From: the human T2T-CHM13v2.0 reference genome, Homo sapiens
Assembly (NCBI RefSeq): GCF_009914755.1
Contig: NC_060933.1
Length of the DNA: 64,000 nt
Strand: one strand, 5' to 3'
The notes below the pieces were generated by a model. That model was given only the letters and a program-made list of their open reading frames with translations. It did no database searches and was not told the origin of the DNA. This document shows positions 60,656 to 64,000 of the stretch, one piece after another. The translations under genes were made by a program, and so were the position numbers. How positions within the stretch are numbered: position 1 is the first letter of the stretch; every line of letters starts with the position of its first letter.

Positions 60656-61479
60656 TAGGGAATGTCTGTAGGAAATACTATAGTCTTCAGGGTTGAAAGG
60701 GTATCAGGTTGACAACTTACTCTAAATGGTTCAGGGCAAAAACATTTCTTGCAGTGTTTCTTTACGTTTGAGATTGGGTAATTAGAAAAGCGTGACAAGT
60801 GCTCAGGCAAAGGGGCATGCAGGCTTTAGGGTTATTCCTAGGATCCTGGGTGTTGGAGGCGGGTGTTGAGGGTGTGTGGAAGGAAAAGAGTCTTGAAAGA
60901 AGGTGATTTGGAAGACAGAGGGGAGTCAACCGGAGTTCTTGCCCTTCAATAGTACGCATCTTTGGGCAAAGGGGGCCTCGGCCAGCGTCCAAGCTTAAAG
61001 GCCCTGCTTTCGCCTTCTTTCTGCTCTGAAAACTCCCCGTGCAGAAGAAGGGTTGAATCCGCAGTGAAAAAGGGACATGTCCATCAGCTCGGACTCCCTC
61101 TTCTATTCCAGTCCAGAATCTCCTGCCCAAAGGCTCCGGGGTTGGCTGGGCTTCTGTTCCATCACCTCAGTGTTGATTGGGCCACAGGTGTGCACGCCAC
61201 AGCCCATGGCGGGGAGCTGTTTGTCGGACTGTGGACAAAGTTTGTACCTAGAGCTGGATGTCCACGTGGGTGGGTGGGAAGCCCTAGAGAGGGGCGGCTA
61301 TTCGCCAGCGGCCACATTTAGTTGGGGCTCAAGCAGTTCCTGTCAGAGAATTCTAAATTTGAACTTGGTCCTTCAGGTCTTGGGAAGATGAGTTTGTCAC
61401 GGTAGGAGAGAGAGACGACACTCTCTCTAGAAGGTGCTGAGCCGGAAGAAGGCTCATAGCAAGCTTAGGCTGAAGCCTT

Positions 61480-61960
61480 TGGCGCCTCGGGCTCTGGACC
61501 TACAAAACCCAGAGTGCACGCGAGCGCTGAGCCAATCAGGTGCTGCGCCTCGGCCAGTCAAGCGGGTGTGTGGCACCTTGTGGGCGGAGACCACGCCTCT
61601 CTACGCGGGGGGCGGGGACACGCGGCTCGCGCGCTGTGGGCGGTGCCCGGCGGGGCCACGCCTTTTCCGGCCCGCAGCGCGGCCTGGGCTCCCGCGTGTT
61701 TAAAAGTGCGCTTGTGGCTGCTGCTGTCTTAACTCCTGTGCTTGGCGGACAGACAGGCGAGATGGCGGCGGAGGTGTTGCCGAGTGCGAGGTGGCAGTAT
61801 TGTGGGGCGCCCGACGGGAGCCAGAGAGCTGTACTGGGTAAAGACTGCGGAGCTGGAGCAGTGCTCCTCTAACCCTCTCCCCTTCCGTCTCGGTACCTCA
61901 GCTGTCCTCTCGCCCTCCGTTGGGCTTCTCCCCAGCGGGGCCGGGACCCCTCTAGTCTCC
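61480..61960 (+). promoter_or_regulatory. POLR1E: POLR1E CpG-island promoter: CCAAT 61532, several GGGCGG boxes, TATA-like TTTAAAA 61699-61705
   Basis: CpG-rich stretch directly upstream of and spanning the POLR1E ATG; motifs read from the sequence. Confidence 0.8.
61762..61837 (+). CDS. POLR1E: POLR1E (PAF53/RPA49, RNA polymerase I subunit) coding exon 1
   Basis: GAGATGG Kozak context; MAAEVLPSARWQYCGAPDGSQRAVL; donor GTAAAG at 61838. Confidence 0.95.
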
Positions 61961-62416
61961 ACCACTCCCCTGGGCTCTGTCAGGGCTCCCCTGTCCGTCT
62001 TTCTGTCACTACCTCCCAGCCAGATTGGGACATCCCACTCACCCGCTCCCCAGAGCTGTGTCCAGGACCCTGCTGACCCCCTCACCCACCAGGTCTCCCG
62101 CCTCCCCCATTTCCCTCTCTTCACTGGGCAGGGGTTCCTTCTGTCACTTTAGGTATGTACCAGGCCTCTGCTGTCAGCCTCCTTCCGCGAGACATTCCCT
62201 CCTGTCACAGCCCCTCCCCAGGGTTCTCCCACCTCCCTACCTCCTCTTCTCAGCTGGCCCCGGATCTCCTCCAGTTCCCTTTGGGTCAGGACCCGAGCTT
62301 CCTTGCCATCCCCATTCTGACACTCCCTCCCAGTGACAGTCTAGTCCCACCGTACATTGTGTGGTACATTGTGTGGCCTTCTGCTCTCATCTCATTCTTG
62401 GGCTGCACTCTTACAG

Positions 62417-62520
62417 TCCAGTTCTCCAACGGGAAGCTACAGAGTCCAGGCAACATGCGCTTTACCTTGTATGAGAACAAAGATTCCACCAACCCCAGGA
62501 AGAGGAATCAACGGATCCTG
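62417..62520 (+). CDS. POLR1E: POLR1E coding exon 2
   Basis: ctcttacAG 62415-62416; (V)QFSNGKLQSPGNMRFTLYENKDSTNPRKRNQRIL; GTAAGT at 62521. 76+104 = 180 nt keeps frame. Confidence 0.95.
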
Positions 62521-62806
62521 GTAAGTGAAGCAGTTGCCAGCTGTCTCCACTCTGCAGGGCTCAGAAGGCCCCTGGGAGTGGGTGGATGTGGGAGGGAGTG
62601 AGGGGAGAAAAAGGGGAGTAGTAGCAAATGGACCTTTGAAGAACTCTGATGCCCAGCAGCCTGGGATGTGGGGACAGGCTCCATCTTTCATTCATTTGTT
62701 CTTTCAACAAGCATTTATGGAACCTGCCCCTCTGCATCCCTGTGCTGCAAGCTTCTAGGAAAACAGCCAAATCAGGCCTAGCCCCACTCAGAGTTCATAC
62801 TCTAGA

Positions 62807-62940
62807 GCAGGGTTTCTCAACCTCAGGACTATTGACTTTTTGGGCCAATAATTCTTTGCTGTGGGGGCAGCATCCCTAGTCTCTACTCATTAGATGCCAG
62901 TAGCACCAGAGTGGATTTCCCTGGATTGAGAACCTCTGCT
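62807..62940. mobile_element. MER20-like hAT element in POLR1E intron 2
   Basis: CAGGGTTTCTCAACC...TTGAGAACCTCTG terminal inverted repeats flanked by CTCTAGAG on both sides (8-bp TSD). Confidence 0.8.
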
Positions 62941-63575
62941 CTAGAGAGATGAGAACTGGCTGTGAGGGACACTTTTACACAAAGCTCTGAGGCCACGTGG
63001 GGAAGAGTACAGGGCAGAGTGAGCTCAGTGGGAGGAGAGGTCTCTGCCAGAATGCCTTCCTTGGTGAGGTCATGTTGGAGCTGAGCCTTGAAGGCTGGAA
63101 TGAGGGTTTGGCAGTCAACGTTTGGTGTTTCGAGTGAAAAGGATAGTGAGGACAAATGCAGAGAAGCAGGAAAGCTTGCTTATGATTGGGGAGTGAATCA
63201 GCCATGGTCCTGAGAGTATACAAAGAACAGGCCAAAGAGAGATTGCTTACAGAATCACTTTGTTGCATACCTTTAAGTGCCAGAAGCCCAGGGCCTCTCT
63301 CTCAAGTCTTGTGGCAGAATTCCCCCAAGAGCTTTTCATACCATTTAGAAGCTAGCACCATCTGAGGCTTCTCTTCCAGAAGTTGTCTTGCTTCCCCTGC
63401 AGGGACACCCCATATTCCCTTAGAGATAGTGGGGCTGGATCATCTGCCAGAGATGAACTAGTTCTAATCATTGTGAGTCTGGATTCAAAAGCCTCAGCAA
63501 ATGTAGAAAAGAGAAATGATGCTTAATACCTTTCAACATTGGTTGTAAATGGAGTTTCCCCTCTCTGCATTTTAG

Positions 63576-63652
63576 GCAGCTGAAACAGATAGGCTCTCCT
63601 ATGTGGGAAACAATTTTGGGACTGGAGCCCTCAAATGCAACACTTTGTGCAG
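63576..63652 (+). CDS. POLR1E: POLR1E coding exon 3 (gene continues beyond the window)
   Basis: ctgcattttAG 63574-63575; AAETDRLSYVGNNFGTGALKCNTLCR; GTAATG at 63653. Confidence 0.95.
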
Positions 63653-64000
63653 GTAATGGCAGGGGAAGGGACAGTGGGAAGGGTGATGGGGTTGGGAGTG
63701 GTGGCAGCACTGGCACTGCTGTTTCCTGTCTGTTTTAAGGGTAGCAGGAGCCATCTAGAGAGGTTTACTAGGTGATCCCTGTGTTCCTATTAGACCCAGA
63801 GCCCTTCCCTGCACGTGTAGACGTTGCTGGAAAGGAAAGATAACTTGAATTTCCTAAAAACCTCATTCATTTGTAATCTTGTTTATTTATAGCTGTCTTA
63901 TTCCAAAAGGCAGGTCTCTCCATTAATTTGGAATGTGTGACTAGTAGGTCAAAGCTTGCGTGAAGTTTACCTGGGAACTAACGACAGGTAAAGAACTTGG

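Overview
This is human genomic DNA, recognisable as the chr9p13.2 GRHPR-ZBTB5-POLR1E locus; it is not prokaryotic, and I found no CRISPR array, rRNA or tRNA. Plus strand: GRHPR coding exons 2-9 (536-12475; exon 1 is outside the window), with a sense-oriented CHCHD4/MIA40 processed pseudogene in intron 8. Minus strand: all of ZBTB5, with non-coding exon 1 in a CpG island near 40.9-41.1 kb, a ~22.7 kb repeat-rich intron, a single-exon 677-aa CDS at 16211-18244 and a 3'UTR to ~13.8 kb, convergent with GRHPR. Further right are a full-length KCTD9 processed pseudogene (~52.7-56.2 kb) and the promoter and first three coding exons of POLR1E (61762-63652). The rest is mostly Alu, ERV1 and MaLR LTRs, old L1 and hAT-Charlie/MER fragments, often nested. 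I see no evidence of a wholly new biological system. The best leads are RNA-processing and repeat features: a frame-closed, stop-free GRHPR exon 2-4 circle; a juxtaposed acceptor/donor (AG|GTATGT) heading an in-frame 88-codon segment in POLR1E intron 1; an Alu-tail AAGGC/AGGGC pentamer repeat of RFC1-like architecture; an Alu whose target duplication overlaps the GRHPR exon 4 donor; helically phased CCAAT boxes at the ZBTB5 promoter; and one L1-endonuclease target site apparently used twice. Gene identities, repeat subfamily names and variant names are from recall, not database searches.
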